Program-made: the position numbers and the translations under genes
From: Candidatus Omnitrophota bacterium
GTDB taxonomy: Bacteria > Omnitrophota > Omnitrophia > Omnitrophales > Aquincolibacteriaceae
Assembly (NCBI GenBank): GCA_030698625.1
Contig: JAUYMS010000021.1
Span: 6,227-70,226, forward strand
Length of the DNA: 64,000 nt
Direction: 5' to 3'
In this document: positions 18,672 through 29,467 of the stretch, piece after piece
Layout of the letters: the number at the start of each line of letters is the position of its first letter
Position numbering within the stretch: the first letter of the stretch is position 1
The notes under the pieces: generated by a model
What the model was told of the DNA's origin: nothing
Databases searched by the model: none
What the model saw: only the letters and a program-made list of their open reading frames with translations

Positions 18672-20889
18672 ACCGAAAACCAAACTTTCTCCCCGCCGCC
18701 AGTGGTTGTTTTGGACGGGGCGCGTGGGGCTGTATTTGCTGGCCGCTGTCCTTGCGACGATGATGCTTGCCATAGAGAGGGAGCCTACGCTCATTGGCGG
18801 CGAATTTGCTTTGGGAGAACCTGCGCCCCGGACCTTGTTCTCGCCGTTGACGCTAACCTACGTGAACGAGGAAAAGATGCGGTTGCGGCAGGAAGATGCG
18901 GCGGAAGACGTGGCGCCGATTCTCTTGGTTGATTCTGCTGTTGCTGATCAAATAGGTCAGAAGCTTGGCGCCTTCTTTGCGGCGATAGAAATGAACTCTT
19001 CCGGAGCAAGCGAAGCGATTGAGTTGGCTTCCCTGGAATTACCCTTTGATGTTTCCGATGCCGATATCAGGGCATTGTCCGACCCGGAGAGGCTGAACGC
19101 AGCTCGCGAGAACGTGGAGCAGCTCCTGCGTGCGGCACTCGGCGGCGGACTCTTGAGCTACCAGACGAAACTCGAACTCCTCGAACAGGACACGGCCGTT
19201 GTTGTGATATCGAACGGGGACGCTGCGACGGAAAGGCAAGTTTCGGTTCGGGATGTTTTGAGTATGAGGGAATTGCGCGAGGCGGCCGTGAGGATGCTGC
19301 CCGCCGACGTTACGCGAAGGAGAAAGCTGCGGACCGCTATCCTCGATATATTTGAGGCCGTTATCGAACCGAATCTGAGTTTTGACAGATCTCTGACGGC
19401 TGTGCGGCGTCAGGCAACGCGAGCGGCAGTCAAGGACGTTCAGGAAACGATCAAGAAGAACGAACTGATTGTCGGACGGGGAATTCTGGTCACGCCGGAT
19501 ATCCGGCTGAAAGTCGAACAAATCCAGCAGAAATTGGCTGCGCGCAAAATTCTTGGGCGGATTACTGCCGATAGCATCTTGGCTTCCCTTACCTTCATGC
19601 TCTTTTTTGCGTATCTCTTCTTTTTCGAGCGCAAGATGCTGCTGAATTTGCGTATGGTCTATCTGACACTATCGGTGTTTCTGCTTGCGATCGCATTGTG
19701 TAAAATTATCACGGTCTGGCCGGGTTCTTCGCCTTATCTCATGCCGGGAGCTTTAGCCTCCCTGCTGCTGGTGCTCCTGACGCGCTCGCGTCTGGGCACG
19801 GTGTCCGCCGTGGTTATGGCCATCATGACGGCGCCGCTCGCGGATTTTCATCCTGATATCATGAGCGCGATCCTTTTGGCGGGAATGGTCGGTACTTTTT
19901 CAGCTTTGCGGATTCGTAGACGCGTGCAGTTTTTGCAAGTCGGCCTTGCTATCGGTTTCGTCACGATGGCCGTCTTATTTGCTTTTCAACTCTTTGAGGG
20001 TTTCACCTTTGCGGCCTCTTTGCAAGCCAGCGGTGTGGGGTTGGCTAACGGGCTGATCATTACGGCCCTGCTTTTCTTGCTCCTGCCCCTGTTGGAACCG
20101 GTGTTCGGTGTTACCACTGATATCACGCTGCTTGAACTCTCCGACCTTAATCATCCGTTACTCAAGCGGATGATCATCGAAGCGCCGGGAACTTACCATC
20201 ACAGTCTTGTCGTAAGCCGTCTTGCCGAGTCGGCCTGCGAGGCGATCGGCGCTAATGAACTGCTCGCGCGTGTCGGTTGTTATTTCCACGATATCGGGAA
20301 AATTGCGCGAGCGGAGTTTTTTACCGAGAATCAGGCCGATAAGTTCAGTGGCAAACACGAGAAATTGGCCCCGACCATGAGTGCTCTGATTATCTTGAAT
20401 CACGTCAAAGACGGTATCGAGTTAGGACGCAAATATAAACTCAGGGACACGATCCTTCGCTTTATTCCCGAGCACCAGGGCACGGGGATCATTTATTATT
20501 TTTACCGCAAGGCCATAGACCAGGCCCAGCCGGGAGAAAGGGTCGATCCGAACGATTTTCGTTATCCGGGACCGAACCCCCAAAGCCGCGAAACGGCCGT
20601 GGCGCTTTTGGCAGATTCCACTGAGGCTGCCTCTCGGTCGCTCAGGGATCCAAACGCGGAGAGTATTCGCCAACTTGTGCGTAAAATCATCAACGACAAG
20701 TTCATTGATGGGCAGTTGGATGAATGCGATCTTACGCTTCGCGATCTTTTTAGAATCCAAGAGAGTTTCGTGCACAATCTCATGGCCATTTTTCATACGC
20801 GCGTCGAATACCCCAAAAAGCCTGCCGAGGATGATAATCCGGATATTTTTGAAGAAGGTCAATTCCAGAAATTTCGCCTAAGTCCTTAG
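18643..20889 (+). CDS. 7TM receptor with intracellular HD-domain hydrolase (YqfF/PgpH family)
   Basis: Seven-TM block, then HD motif [14 protein letters not shown] ... CYFHDIGKI. Conserved phoH-HD-ybeY order. Real start probably Met 18652. Confidence 0.85.
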   Translation: MPLMTDTSIKPKTKLSPRRQWLFWTGRVGLYLLAAVLATMMLAIEREPTLIGGEFALGEPAPRTLFSPLTLTYVNEEKMRLRQEDAAEDVAPILLVDSAVADQIGQKLGAFFAAIEMNSSGASEAIELASLELPFDVSDADIRALSDPERLNAARENVEQLLRAALGGGLLSYQTKLELLEQDTAVVVISNGDAATERQVSVRDVLSMRELREAAVRMLPADVTRRRKLRTAILDIFEAVIEPNLSFDRSLTAVRRQATRAAVKDVQETIKKNELIVGRGILVTPDIRLKVEQIQQKLAARKILGRITADSILASLTFMLFFAYLFFFERKMLLNLRMVYLTLSVFLLAIALCKIITVWPGSSPYLMPGALASLLLVLLTRSRLGTVSAVVMAIMTAPLADFHPDIMSAILLAGMVGTFSALRIRRRVQFLQVGLAIGFVTMAVLFAFQLFEGFTFAASLQASGVGLANGLIITALLFLLLPLLEPVFGVTTDITLLELSDLNHPLLKRMIIEAPGTYHHSLVVSRLAESACEAIGANELLARVGCYFHDIGKIARAEFFTENQADKFSGKHEKLAPTMSALIILNHVKDGIELGRKYKLRDTILRFIPEHQGTGIIYYFYRKAIDQAQPGERVDPNDFRYPGPNPQSRETAVALLADSTEAASRSLRDPNAESIRQLVRKIINDKFIDGQLDECDLTLRDLFRIQESFVHNLMAIFHTRVEYPKKPAEDDNPDIFEEGQFQKFRLSP

Positions 20890-20892
20890 ACC

Positions 20893-21369
20893 TTGCCGAG
20901 CGCCGCCTTCGACATCCAAGTCCGGAACGAAACCCGATCACGAAGCATGTCCTGCGAGAAAATTCGCCGTATCGCTTCGCAGACATTGCGCGCCCTTGGC
21001 CTGCGTTCGGGGGTCTTGAGTGTCCTGCTTGTCGGTGACCGCAAGATGCAGAGCCTTAACCGCCGCTATCTGCAGCATGACCGTCCGACGGACGTCATTG
21101 CTTTCGGCGGACTGCTTGATTCCGGCCGCCTTGAAGCGACGCAGGGTAGGCCTTATCTCGGTGACATCGTAATCTCTGTGGATACCGCGCGGCGGCAGGC
21201 GCGATCATACGGAAACTCATTTTCCTATGAGCTAATGTTCTACCTCTGTCACGGCATTCTCCACCTGCGCGGGTATCGGGATAAGACCGTTAAAGGGGCC
21301 TCGGCGATGGAGGGTAAACAAAAGACACTGCTGAAGAAAATAGGGATAAAGAACACGCCTTCGAGATGA
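20893..21369 (+). CDS. ybeY: rRNA maturation endoribonuclease YbeY
   Basis: CHGILHLRGYRD histidine-triad region. Size and synteny fit. Confidence 0.9.
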   Translation: MPSAAFDIQVRNETRSRSMSCEKIRRIASQTLRALGLRSGVLSVLLVGDRKMQSLNRRYLQHDRPTDVIAFGGLLDSGRLEATQGRPYLGDIVISVDTARRQARSYGNSFSYELMFYLCHGILHLRGYRDKTVKGASAMEGKQKTLLKKIGIKNTPSR

Positions 21370-23288
21370 ATTCCGACCATATTGAGTATCTGAAAAAGAA
21401 TCACCGCAGACTTTCAATGCGGAAACTTGCCAAGGAACTCGGCTTGTCGCGGGATGACGTGCGGAAAGCTATCCGCGACTTGGATAGGAGTGAAAAAGAA
21501 CAGCTTTCAGTTGCTGATTCGGGGGCAAACCAGATTCCTTTGTGGGGATACGGCGTCCTACTTTTCGCCATTCTGGCAGGTGTTTTGGCAGTGTATGCCG
21601 GGACACTCTCATTCCCTTTTGTGAACTGGGATGATCCTCAATATGTGCTCGAAAATCGCCTCATCCGTTCCTTCTCCATCGAAAATCTTACGGAGATGTT
21701 TACGAAGCCACATTTCAGCCTGTTTATCCCTCTTACCCTGGTCAGTTACGCGGTTGATTATCAGATCTACCATTTCGAGGCCTATGGTTATCACCTGACA
21801 AACCTTATTTTCCATGTGGCTAATGCAGCGTTTGTGTTTATTCTAATCACGACGCTTACGCGTGATTGGTTGGTGGCTATAGGTGTTTCACTGGCATTTG
21901 CATTACACCCGGTTCAAGTAGAGTCCGTTGTCTGGATCGCAGAGCGCAAGAATGTCCTCTCAACGTTTTTCTTTCTCCTTTCTTTTCTTAGTTATTCCCA
22001 GTGGAGGGCTCGAGAAGATAATCGCTGGGGATTCTATGCGGCCTCGTTAGGAATTTTCTTTGCCGCATGCTTTTCGAAGCCCAACGTCGTGATGTTACCC
22101 CTGCTCCTGATTTTGTTCGACGCAACACATGGCGGAAGCGAGAAAAAGCCGGCATGGAGATACCTTCCCTATTTCGGAGGCGCTCTGATTTTTGCATTCA
22201 TTACGTTTGGAATCACACGGGATTCAGATAAGTTGATTTACCATGGCGGTAGCTTTATTACGACGATGAGGACCATGACCGTCGTTATGATGAAATATCT
22301 TGAGCTTCTGGTTTTGCCTTTGCGTCAGAGCCTGCTTTACAGGTTTCCGGCATACGAGACAATACTTCATCCGCATGTTGCCTTTTCGACGCTTTCTCTG
22401 GCGGCGGGTGCCTGTGTTTTGGTGTGGCTGTGGCGCGTTTCCCGGCAACTCTTCTTCTGGGCCGGCTGGTATATTGTGTTGTTAATTCCGGTTCTGAACA
22501 TTGTGCCGTTCCCGAGTCTGATGAATGACAGGTACCTTTACTTGCCTTTGATAGGATTCTTTGCCGCATTGTTTCTAGGACTTCGCCACTGGCTGAGGAA
22601 GTGGCTTGTGGGTGTGTTGATTTTGTTATGCGTGTTCGCTTGGGGGTATCTTAACCTCGAACGTCAGAAAGTTTGGGCCAGTTCTGAAGCGCTGTGGGTT
22701 GAGACACAAGGGATGGTTGCGGAACGCGCCACCTCACCCGGTATTAATCTCGGGCTTCATTACATAGAGCAGGGTAAGGCAGATCTTGCGATATCAGAAT
22801 TCCGGAAGGTTTTAGAAAATTATGACAAACCGGAGGCCTATGACGGCTTGGGGTTAGCCTACTATGTTAAAAAGGATTTTCCGGAGGCGATTCGTTTTTT
22901 TGAGAAGGCTATAGAAAAGGATGCTCAGGAACCGGCTTTTCATAGTCACCTAGCCCTTGTATATGAGGCGCAGGAAGATTACGAGTCTGCGGTAAAGGTC
23001 CTGAGACGGACTATTGAACTGGCGCCGAAACAGGCCACATTCAGGAATAATCTGGGAACTGTGTTGGCGAAGATGGGGGCTGTGGAGGAGGCTATTCGAG
23101 AATATGAACAGACGCTAGAGCTTGATCCTGATTTTCCGGATACCTTGTACAATCTTGGGTACTACTATTTGAGGGTCGGAAGACCTGAGAAGACTATTGC
23201 GTATTGGGAAAAATTTCTTCGCATCTATCCGAACCACCCGAACGCTGCTAAAATCAGGTCCGGCCTGAAGAAAATTCGGCCTCAGTGA
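21366..23288 (+). CDS. TMTC/PMT-like multi-pass membrane protein with C-terminal TPR repeats
   Basis: FPFVNWDDPQYVLENRL motif typical of DUF1736/PMT-type O-mannosyltransferase-like proteins. About 10 TM helices. C-terminal TPR repeats. Confidence 0.55.
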   Translation: MNSDHIEYLKKNHRRLSMRKLAKELGLSRDDVRKAIRDLDRSEKEQLSVADSGANQIPLWGYGVLLFAILAGVLAVYAGTLSFPFVNWDDPQYVLENRLIRSFSIENLTEMFTKPHFSLFIPLTLVSYAVDYQIYHFEAYGYHLTNLIFHVANAAFVFILITTLTRDWLVAIGVSLAFALHPVQVESVVWIAERKNVLSTFFFLLSFLSYSQWRAREDNRWGFYAASLGIFFAACFSKPNVVMLPLLLILFDATHGGSEKKPAWRYLPYFGGALIFAFITFGITRDSDKLIYHGGSFITTMRTMTVVMMKYLELLVLPLRQSLLYRFPAYETILHPHVAFSTLSLAAGACVLVWLWRVSRQLFFWAGWYIVLLIPVLNIVPFPSLMNDRYLYLPLIGFFAALFLGLRHWLRKWLVGVLILLCVFAWGYLNLERQKVWASSEALWVETQGMVAERATSPGINLGLHYIEQGKADLAISEFRKVLENYDKPEAYDGLGLAYYVKKDFPEAIRFFEKAIEKDAQEPAFHSHLALVYEAQEDYESAVKVLRRTIELAPKQATFRNNLGTVLAKMGAVEEAIREYEQTLELDPDFPDTLYNLGYYYLRVGRPEKTIAYWEKFLRIYPNHPNAAKIRSGLKKIRPQ

Positions 23289-23343
23289 TCGAAGTGATTC
23301 AGCTCGGACGTGTTAGAATACTCCTTCAAGGAGTCCTGTATTA

Positions 23344-24108
23344 ATGGCCATTCATCGTACTGAAGCATTTGTTCTAAAGACGCAGCCTCTGCGCTCGAGT
23401 TCCCTGATCGTAACGTTCTTTACGCCCGGTTTCGGAAAGATGAAGGGGGTGGCCAAGGGCGTGCGCCGCGAAAAGGAATTACGGGGAGCGCTTTACGAGC
23501 TTTTTACGCGCTTGGAGATTGTTTTCTACGAAAAGACGCGTTCCGATTTACACCTGATTTCAGATGCCGCAATCGTTGACAGCAATGACGGTCTTCGCCG
23601 CCGCTTCGATACGATAACTTATGCGAGCTACTTCTGCGAAATGGTAGACGTTCTCACGGTGGTGCATGATCGGCACGAGCCCGTTTTTGATCTTTTAGAT
23701 TTTGTTTTTCGCTATCTGCGTTCTATCCCCGGATCTCAATTGACCCTCGTTTTCAAACTGAAGCTGCTCAATGAAGTGGGCTGGCTGCCTTATTTGGCCG
23801 GGTGCTTTCACTGTCGCAAAGTGCAGTTTGAAGAAGGCTTTTTTTCCGTCTCGCAGGGAGCTCTTCTTTGTCCGGCCTGCGGGAGAAACTATACCGATGC
23901 GCGTTCCATCTCGGGTGAAGCGCTTGGGGCTCTGCGGTATTATGGCAATCATCAGCCGGAGGACTGTATTCGCCGTCGCTTGACCCCATCAGTCGAGGGT
24001 GAACTGACTGTATGGCTGTCGGAGTTTCTCGATTTTCGCTTGCCCATCCCTCTAAAGACGACCCAGTTCATTGAGGCCGTCCGACCCGTCTTGTCCGACC
24101 TCGCCTAA
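23344..24108 (+). CDS. recO: DNA repair protein RecO
   Basis: N-terminal OB-fold sequence MAIHRTEAFVLKTQPLRSSSLIVTFFTPGFGKMKGVAKGVRR. C-terminal Cys4 (CFHCRK...CPACG). Confidence 0.85.
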   Translation: MAIHRTEAFVLKTQPLRSSSLIVTFFTPGFGKMKGVAKGVRREKELRGALYELFTRLEIVFYEKTRSDLHLISDAAIVDSNDGLRRRFDTITYASYFCEMVDVLTVVHDRHEPVFDLLDFVFRYLRSIPGSQLTLVFKLKLLNEVGWLPYLAGCFHCRKVQFEEGFFSVSQGALLCPACGRNYTDARSISGEALGALRYYGNHQPEDCIRRRLTPSVEGELTVWLSEFLDFRLPIPLKTTQFIEAVRPVLSDLA

Positions 24109-24469
24109 GATCGACATTCCTGACTATTTCAATGACCCCAGCATAGTCTTTTTTAGCACCCTAGGTTTCAATCGAACTGCCAATTGCCACTAGGGCCATT
24201 TGCGGGCCTGATTTTGATAACTTTTGTGGTCCTTAGGGTCCATAATCCCCGGTGTCAGATTTATAGCAATTCCTGTAATCTGTTCATATTAAACAAGTTA
24301 AGTCATGTCAATTCACTGCTTGAGTGCAGGAATTTGTTGTTGGATTTATTTGATCTACATTTGACACTTATGATAGTACGTGTTATTTTTTAGTAAGAAA
24401 ACAGTGGCGGTGGATCTCCACTAAATATATTTAAAAAGTTATTACTTTTAAGGGCAGGTAAGCGATTCG

Positions 24470-25279
24470 ATGAAACGCAAACAGCTGGATGACAACTGTC
24501 TTTATTTCGATATTACCAAGCAGGAGAGAGATTCCGCTATTCGCTATCTGCTAGGGGCTATCATCAAAGTCCGGGATGAAGGGGACTTTCCTTCCAACTA
24601 CTACATCTTCGATGAGGACGTCAATATCTACCTGGCCCATCTTCTTTTTGCAGTCTCCCTGCCGGAGTATCACGAAATGGCTGAGCCGTATCTTTCCACT
24701 GAATCGAGCGACATTCTGCGCTGGGTCAGGGCTACTGAGGATCGCACGGTTCGTTACTTTATTTTCAAGGTCAACGCCGACCACCTGTTGGTCCACAGTG
24801 CCGTGTTTAACGACCTAGAGAAACGCAAACCCCACAAGTTCTTTCGCAAGAACCACAAACATTACCGGGAGCTTGCGAAGCTTTACTACGATCAGGCTAC
24901 TGCTTATCACCGCAAGATTTACCGGAAGAGGACCGGGGTGGGCGAGGTCTTGGGGAAACTTTCGCATTACTATCAGTGGTATCAGGAGATCCTAAAGCAG
25001 GTTCGCCGAGAATATTTCCATTTTGTGAATAGGTTCCGCGACGAGGCCTTCGATCACTTTATGGATCAAGTCAGCAACTACGAAAACGATTTCCAGAAAA
25101 AAGTCAAATTGGACCATTTCCTGGATCTGTACGGGCGGTGGCTGGATACCAAGGATCCGGTCTTGCGTAAGGAAATTCAGAAGTTGGTCTACGACCTGAA
25201 GGCGCTCGATAAGCGCTTTCGTTTTGATTTGGAACAGCTTGGCGACGGGGGTTTCGACCATGAAAAGAAATGTGCGTAG
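24470..25279 (+). CDS. hypothetical protein (no recognisable family)
   Basis: Long ORF downstream of a ~360-bp AT-rich gap. Composition slightly lower in GC than its neighbours. Confidence 0.4.
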   Translation: MKRKQLDDNCLYFDITKQERDSAIRYLLGAIIKVRDEGDFPSNYYIFDEDVNIYLAHLLFAVSLPEYHEMAEPYLSTESSDILRWVRATEDRTVRYFIFKVNADHLLVHSAVFNDLEKRKPHKFFRKNHKHYRELAKLYYDQATAYHRKIYRKRTGVGEVLGKLSHYYQWYQEILKQVRREYFHFVNRFRDEAFDHFMDQVSNYENDFQKKVKLDHFLDLYGRWLDTKDPVLRKEIQKLVYDLKALDKRFRFDLEQLGDGGFDHEKKCA

Positions 25280-25436
25280 ATTTCGTGCCAAGGCGAGAAG
25301 GCTTCTCCAGCTCTACTCGCGTTGGCAAGAAACGCGTCAGGATGACCTTCAGCAAAAGTGCTTGGGGCTTCTGAGCGAAATCCTAGTTATCCAACCGACA
25401 TTTAACCTGCGGCAGGAATTTCAAGAGGCATTCTGA
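25260..25436 (+). CDS. hypothetical small basic protein
   Basis: Overlaps the end of 24470..25279. Weak call. Confidence 0.2.
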   Translation: MKRNVRRFRAKARRLLQLYSRWQETRQDDLQQKCLGLLSEILVIQPTFNLRQEFQEAF

Positions 25437-25439
25437 TCG

Positions 25440-25637
25440 GTGAAGACACCCTACCTCGTCCTTCGAATTGAAGATGAAGCAGACCTCAAGTATGAAATCC
25501 AAAAAAAACAAGACGAGTTTCTGGACGTGTATTCCCTCTATTTAAGATCCCGTGTCTCCTGGATTCGCGATGAGGTGAAGCTCAAGGCCTATGAGCTTCA
25601 TTTGCTGGACCCATCCTTCTCTTTTCAAGCAGACTAG
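25440..25637 (+). CDS. hypothetical small protein
   Basis: Weak call. Same strand and cassette as 24470..25279. Confidence 0.2.
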   Translation: MKTPYLVLRIEDEADLKYEIQKKQDEFLDVYSLYLRSRVSWIRDEVKLKAYELHLLDPSFSFQAD

Positions 25638-25691
25638 TCTCTGCTATACTCCCCACTTAAATTCAGATGCATTCTTGTACAGAGAGGAATA

Positions 25692-26885
25692 TTGAATAAG
25701 ACCGTGCCCATAGAACCGCCTGACAGACTCAAGAAGCTACCGCCTTATCTATTCGCAGTAGTAGACCGCATGAAGCGCGAGCAGATAGCTAAAGGCAAAG
25801 ACGTCGTGGACCTGGGCGTCGGTGATCCGGATCTCCCCACGCCGAAATTTATTATTGATGTTTTGGCGGAAGCCGCGAAGGACCCCGCGAACCACCGGTA
25901 TGCATTGGATGCCGGAATGCCGGCACTACGCCGCTCGATGCAGAGCTGGATCCAGCGCCGTTATGATATTGAGCTCGACCCGGATGCGGAAATTCTTCCG
26001 TTACTGGGATCCAAAGAGGGGCTCGGTCACCTCCCTCTGGCGATACTTAATCCCGGAGATATAAGTCTCATCCCGGATCCTTGCTATCCCGTCTATAAGT
26101 CCTCAACGCTCTTTGCCGGCGGAGAAGCACATATCCTGCCGCTCATGGAATCGAATGATTATCTGCCCGATTTGGAATCCATCGAGCCTCAGGTTCTCGA
26201 CAAGGCCAAGATCCTCTACTTGAATTACCCCAATAATCCGACATCGGCCGTAGCGCCGCTGGAGTTTTTTGAAGAGGCCGTTGCGTTTGCCCGCAAACAC
26301 GGCCTATTGATTGCGCAGGACGCCGCGTATTCGGAAATGGGTTTCGACGGATACAGAGCGCCCAGCATCCTACAGGTTGACGGGGCTAAGGATGTCGCCG
26401 TTGAATTTCATTCTTTGTCGAAGACCTATAATATGACTGGATGGCGCGTTGCTTTTGCTGCCGGTAATCGGGAAGCCCTGAAACTACTCGGTAAGGTGAA
26501 GGCTAATATGGATTCCGGTATCTTTCAGGCCGTCCAACTTGCAGGCAAGGCGGCCCTTGATGAGGGAGATGTTGAGATAGAGAGAAACATAAAGGTCTAT
26601 GAGAAACGCCGCGATTTGGTTGTTTCAGCTTTCGAGCGGCTCGGCTGGCACTTCAATGCCCCGAAAGCCACCTTCTATTGTTGGATTCCCGTCCCGCCCG
26701 GATATACCTCAACCGAGCTGGCTGTGATGTTTCTCGAGCAAATGAACATCGTTGTGACGCCTGGAAACGGATTCGGTGCCAATGGCGAGGGCTATTTTCG
26801 TATTTCGCTGACGGTCCCGGATGCACGCCTCAAAGAGGCGATCAAACGCATCGAACAGAGTCACAAACACCTGCACTCCAAATAG
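25692..26885 (+). CDS. PLP-dependent class I aminotransferase, LL-diaminopimelate aminotransferase (DapL)-like
   Basis: LPPYLFAVVDRMKREQIAKGKDVVDLGVGDPDLPTP...NHRY N-terminus. PLP-lysine context SLSKTYNMTGWRVAFAAGN. Confidence 0.65.
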   Translation: MNKTVPIEPPDRLKKLPPYLFAVVDRMKREQIAKGKDVVDLGVGDPDLPTPKFIIDVLAEAAKDPANHRYALDAGMPALRRSMQSWIQRRYDIELDPDAEILPLLGSKEGLGHLPLAILNPGDISLIPDPCYPVYKSSTLFAGGEAHILPLMESNDYLPDLESIEPQVLDKAKILYLNYPNNPTSAVAPLEFFEEAVAFARKHGLLIAQDAAYSEMGFDGYRAPSILQVDGAKDVAVEFHSLSKTYNMTGWRVAFAAGNREALKLLGKVKANMDSGIFQAVQLAGKAALDEGDVEIERNIKVYEKRRDLVVSAFERLGWHFNAPKATFYCWIPVPPGYTSTELAVMFLEQMNIVVTPGNGFGANGEGYFRISLTVPDARLKEAIKRIEQSHKHLHSK

Positions 26886-26897
26886 GAACCGATTGTT

Positions 26898-27359
26898 GTG
26901 GCCCACGTCTTCCTGGGAGTGGGTTCCAATCTCGGCGATCGACGCGAGAATTTGGACGCGGCTCGTCGTGAACTAGAACTCACTCCACAAATCAAAGACC
27001 TTCGTAGTTCTCCCGTTTATGAGACTGAGCCCGTAGGGGGTCCGCCCCAGGGTAAATTTCTTAATGCCGTCTGGGAGTTTGAGACCTCACTCGAACCACC
27101 GGTTTTATTCGAGCTCACCCAAAGCATCGAATCTCAGCTTGGGCGTTCGAGGCAGGAAAAAAATTGTCCTAGGACGATTGATCTGGACGTGCTCTTCTAC
27201 GAAAAGGAATGCTTGCAAGGACCGTTGCTTACGGTGCCGCATCCGCGACTTCACGAACGGCGGTTTGTTCTTGAGCCCTTGCACGACCTGGCCCCCGACT
27301 GGGTCCATCCTATCATCGGGAAGACGGTGCAGGCCATGCTCGAGGAATTGCCGTCGTGA
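26898..27359 (+). CDS. folK: 2-amino-4-hydroxy-6-hydroxymethyldihydropteridine diphosphokinase
   Basis: GTG start. VFLGVGSNLGDRRENL, RTIDLDVLFY, PHPRLHERRFVLEPL. Confidence 0.9.
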   Translation: MAHVFLGVGSNLGDRRENLDAARRELELTPQIKDLRSSPVYETEPVGGPPQGKFLNAVWEFETSLEPPVLFELTQSIESQLGRSRQEKNCPRTIDLDVLFYEKECLQGPLLTVPHPRLHERRFVLEPLHDLAPDWVHPIIGKTVQAMLEELPS

Positions 27360-28216
27360 AGGTCATCCGGTCTCCCAAAGAATTTCAGCATCGCATGCGC
27401 CTCTTGCGGCGCCGCGGCAGCAGCATAGGTTTTGTTCCCACCATGGGGGCCTTGCATGAAGGGCATCTGCGTCTTGTGAGGCGGGCCTGTGCCGAAAATG
27501 ATACTGTTGTCGTGAGTATCTTTGTCAATCCTACGCAGTTCGGACCGGGCGAAGATTATAAGAAATATCCGCGCCGCATGCGTGATGACCTGAAGAAGCT
27601 GCGCCGGGAAAAGGTCGATTATGTATTCGAGCCGACCGCATCCGCCATGGTTCCGAAAAAATCTTCGCATCCTGTGCGATGGGAAACAAGCCGAGAATTC
27701 CATCGGCTCGCAGGGGTGCTGTGCGGAAAGTACCGCCCCGGTCATTTCCGGGGTGTTGCCGCGATCGTTGCCAAACTCTTTTATTTGGCTCAACCTCACC
27801 GGGTCTATTTCGGGGCAAAAGACTACCAGCAAACCGCCATCGTGCGGCGATTGATTTCTGATCTCGACTTGGATATTGCGTTTCGGCTCGTACCGACGGT
27901 TCGCGAGGGGGACGGCCTCGCCATGAGCTCGCGGAACGCCTATCTGAGCCCTGCGGAGCGAGCCCGTGCGCTAAGTCTGTCCCGGGTTCTATTTGTCTTG
28001 AGGCGGGAAATCCGTGCGGGGCGGCGGGGTATAGCCGTCTTAAGACAAGACGCCATAAGCACTTTGCGGCGCCGTGTCGACCGATTGCAGTACCTCGAAA
28101 TCGTAGATGCCGAGACACTACGGCCGGTTAGCCGGAGAGGGCGAAAATGTGTGGCCCTGGCAGCCTGTTACGTAGGGCAGACAAGACTCATTGATAATGT
28201 TATAATCCCGGGTTAA
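27356..28216 (+). CDS. panC: pantoate--beta-alanine ligase
   Basis: GFVPTMGALHEGHLRLV (HxGH motif). 4-nt overlap with folK. Confidence 0.9.
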   Translation: MKVIRSPKEFQHRMRLLRRRGSSIGFVPTMGALHEGHLRLVRRACAENDTVVVSIFVNPTQFGPGEDYKKYPRRMRDDLKKLRREKVDYVFEPTASAMVPKKSSHPVRWETSREFHRLAGVLCGKYRPGHFRGVAAIVAKLFYLAQPHRVYFGAKDYQQTAIVRRLISDLDLDIAFRLVPTVREGDGLAMSSRNAYLSPAERARALSLSRVLFVLRREIRAGRRGIAVLRQDAISTLRRRVDRLQYLEIVDAETLRPVSRRGRKCVALAACYVGQTRLIDNVIIPG

Positions 28217-28246
28217 ATTTATAGCCCAAACGAGGTTAATGCTCCC

Positions 28247-28624
28247 ATGAAACGTCAAATGCTACACGGCAAGATTCACCGGGCGACCGTCACCGACGCC
28301 CAGTTAGATTACGAAGGCAGTATTACTATAGATCCTGTTCTGCTTGAAGCGGCCGATATCCTGTCTCATGAGAAGGTACTCATCGCCAATCTCACCAACG
28401 GCGCACGGATTGAGAGTTACTGTATTCCGGGCGAGCCGGAAAGCGGTGTCGTATGCCTCAACGGGGGTGCGGCAAAGCACGGCAAAAAAGGCGATTTGAT
28501 TATTATCATGGCCTTCGCAGTGCTTAATGATGAGGAGTTAAAGACTCATGTGCCGCGGGTTGTGCGCGTCGACTCCCAAAACAGAATGATCTCTGCAGCC
28601 AAAGCCGTCTCCTCCAAGTTCTAA
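28247..28624 (+). CDS. panD: aspartate 1-decarboxylase
   Basis: MKRQMLHGKIHRATVTDAQLDYEGSITID (pyruvoyl-forming GS site). Confidence 0.9.
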   Translation: MKRQMLHGKIHRATVTDAQLDYEGSITIDPVLLEAADILSHEKVLIANLTNGARIESYCIPGEPESGVVCLNGGAAKHGKKGDLIIIMAFAVLNDEELKTHVPRVVRVDSQNRMISAAKAVSSKF

Positions 28625-28654
28625 TATTCGCTGGCGACTCCTTTCCGGTATCTC

Positions 28655-29467
28655 ATGAAAAAAATGAAAGTCGGTATTATCGGTTGCGGAACGATTGGCA
28701 CCGAGCTCGCACGCATTCTACGCCGGGAGTTTCAACGCAGCCTGAGCGTAGCCTGTCTGGCGGATCATCACGCCGCCAAGGCGCAAGCCGCCAGACGACT
28801 TTATAGTCCGCGCGCCAAAGTGACATCGAATGCAACTTTGATCCGTCAGTGCGATATTATTATCGAAGCAGCGTCTGCTACATGTTCTGCCGCTATTGCG
28901 CATCAGGTTCTCCGCCAAAAAAAGCATGTGCTCATCATGAGCGTAGGAGGCCTCTTGCAGGACAAGAGTCTCAGTCGTCACGTGAATGGTATGAAGGGGA
29001 AACTCTGGATTCCATCAGGGGCACTCAGCGGCATTGACGCTCTTCTTGCGGCTAAGGAGGGCCGGCTGCGCAGTGTCCGTCTCGTTACCAAAAAGCCGCC
29101 GGCAGGTTTGCGGGAGGCCCCATATTTTCAAAAGCACAAGTTCCCTACACTGCGTGGTTCACGCCCTGTTCGTGTATTTAAAGGAACTGCCCGGTCTGCA
29201 GTGCGTGCTTTCCCACAGAACGTTAATGTCGCTGCGATCCTGAGTCTGGCGGGTATCGGTGACCGGAAAACGCAGGTCGAAATCTGGACCTCGCGCAGCT
29301 TCCGGCGGAATCAGCATGAAGTTTATGCCGAAGGAGATTTCGGCACCGTTCAAACCATCACTCAGAACCGTCCGTCTCGGAACAATCCCAAGACCAGTTA
29401 TCTTGCGGTTCTCTCGGCTGTTGCCACCATTCGAAAAATGCTGGCTAATGTCCGCGTCGGCACATGA
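28655..29467 (+). CDS. L-aspartate dehydrogenase-like NAD(P)-binding protein
   Basis: Rossmann N-terminus MKVGIIGCGTIGTELA. Length and C-terminal region fit the NadX/Asp-DH family. The gene symbol nadX is tentative. Confidence 0.6.
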   Translation: MKKMKVGIIGCGTIGTELARILRREFQRSLSVACLADHHAAKAQAARRLYSPRAKVTSNATLIRQCDIIIEAASATCSAAIAHQVLRQKKHVLIMSVGGLLQDKSLSRHVNGMKGKLWIPSGALSGIDALLAAKEGRLRSVRLVTKKPPAGLREAPYFQKHKFPTLRGSRPVRVFKGTARSAVRAFPQNVNVAAILSLAGIGDRKTQVEIWTSRSFRRNQHEVYAEGDFGTVQTITQNRPSRNNPKTSYLAVLSAVATIRKMLANVRVGT

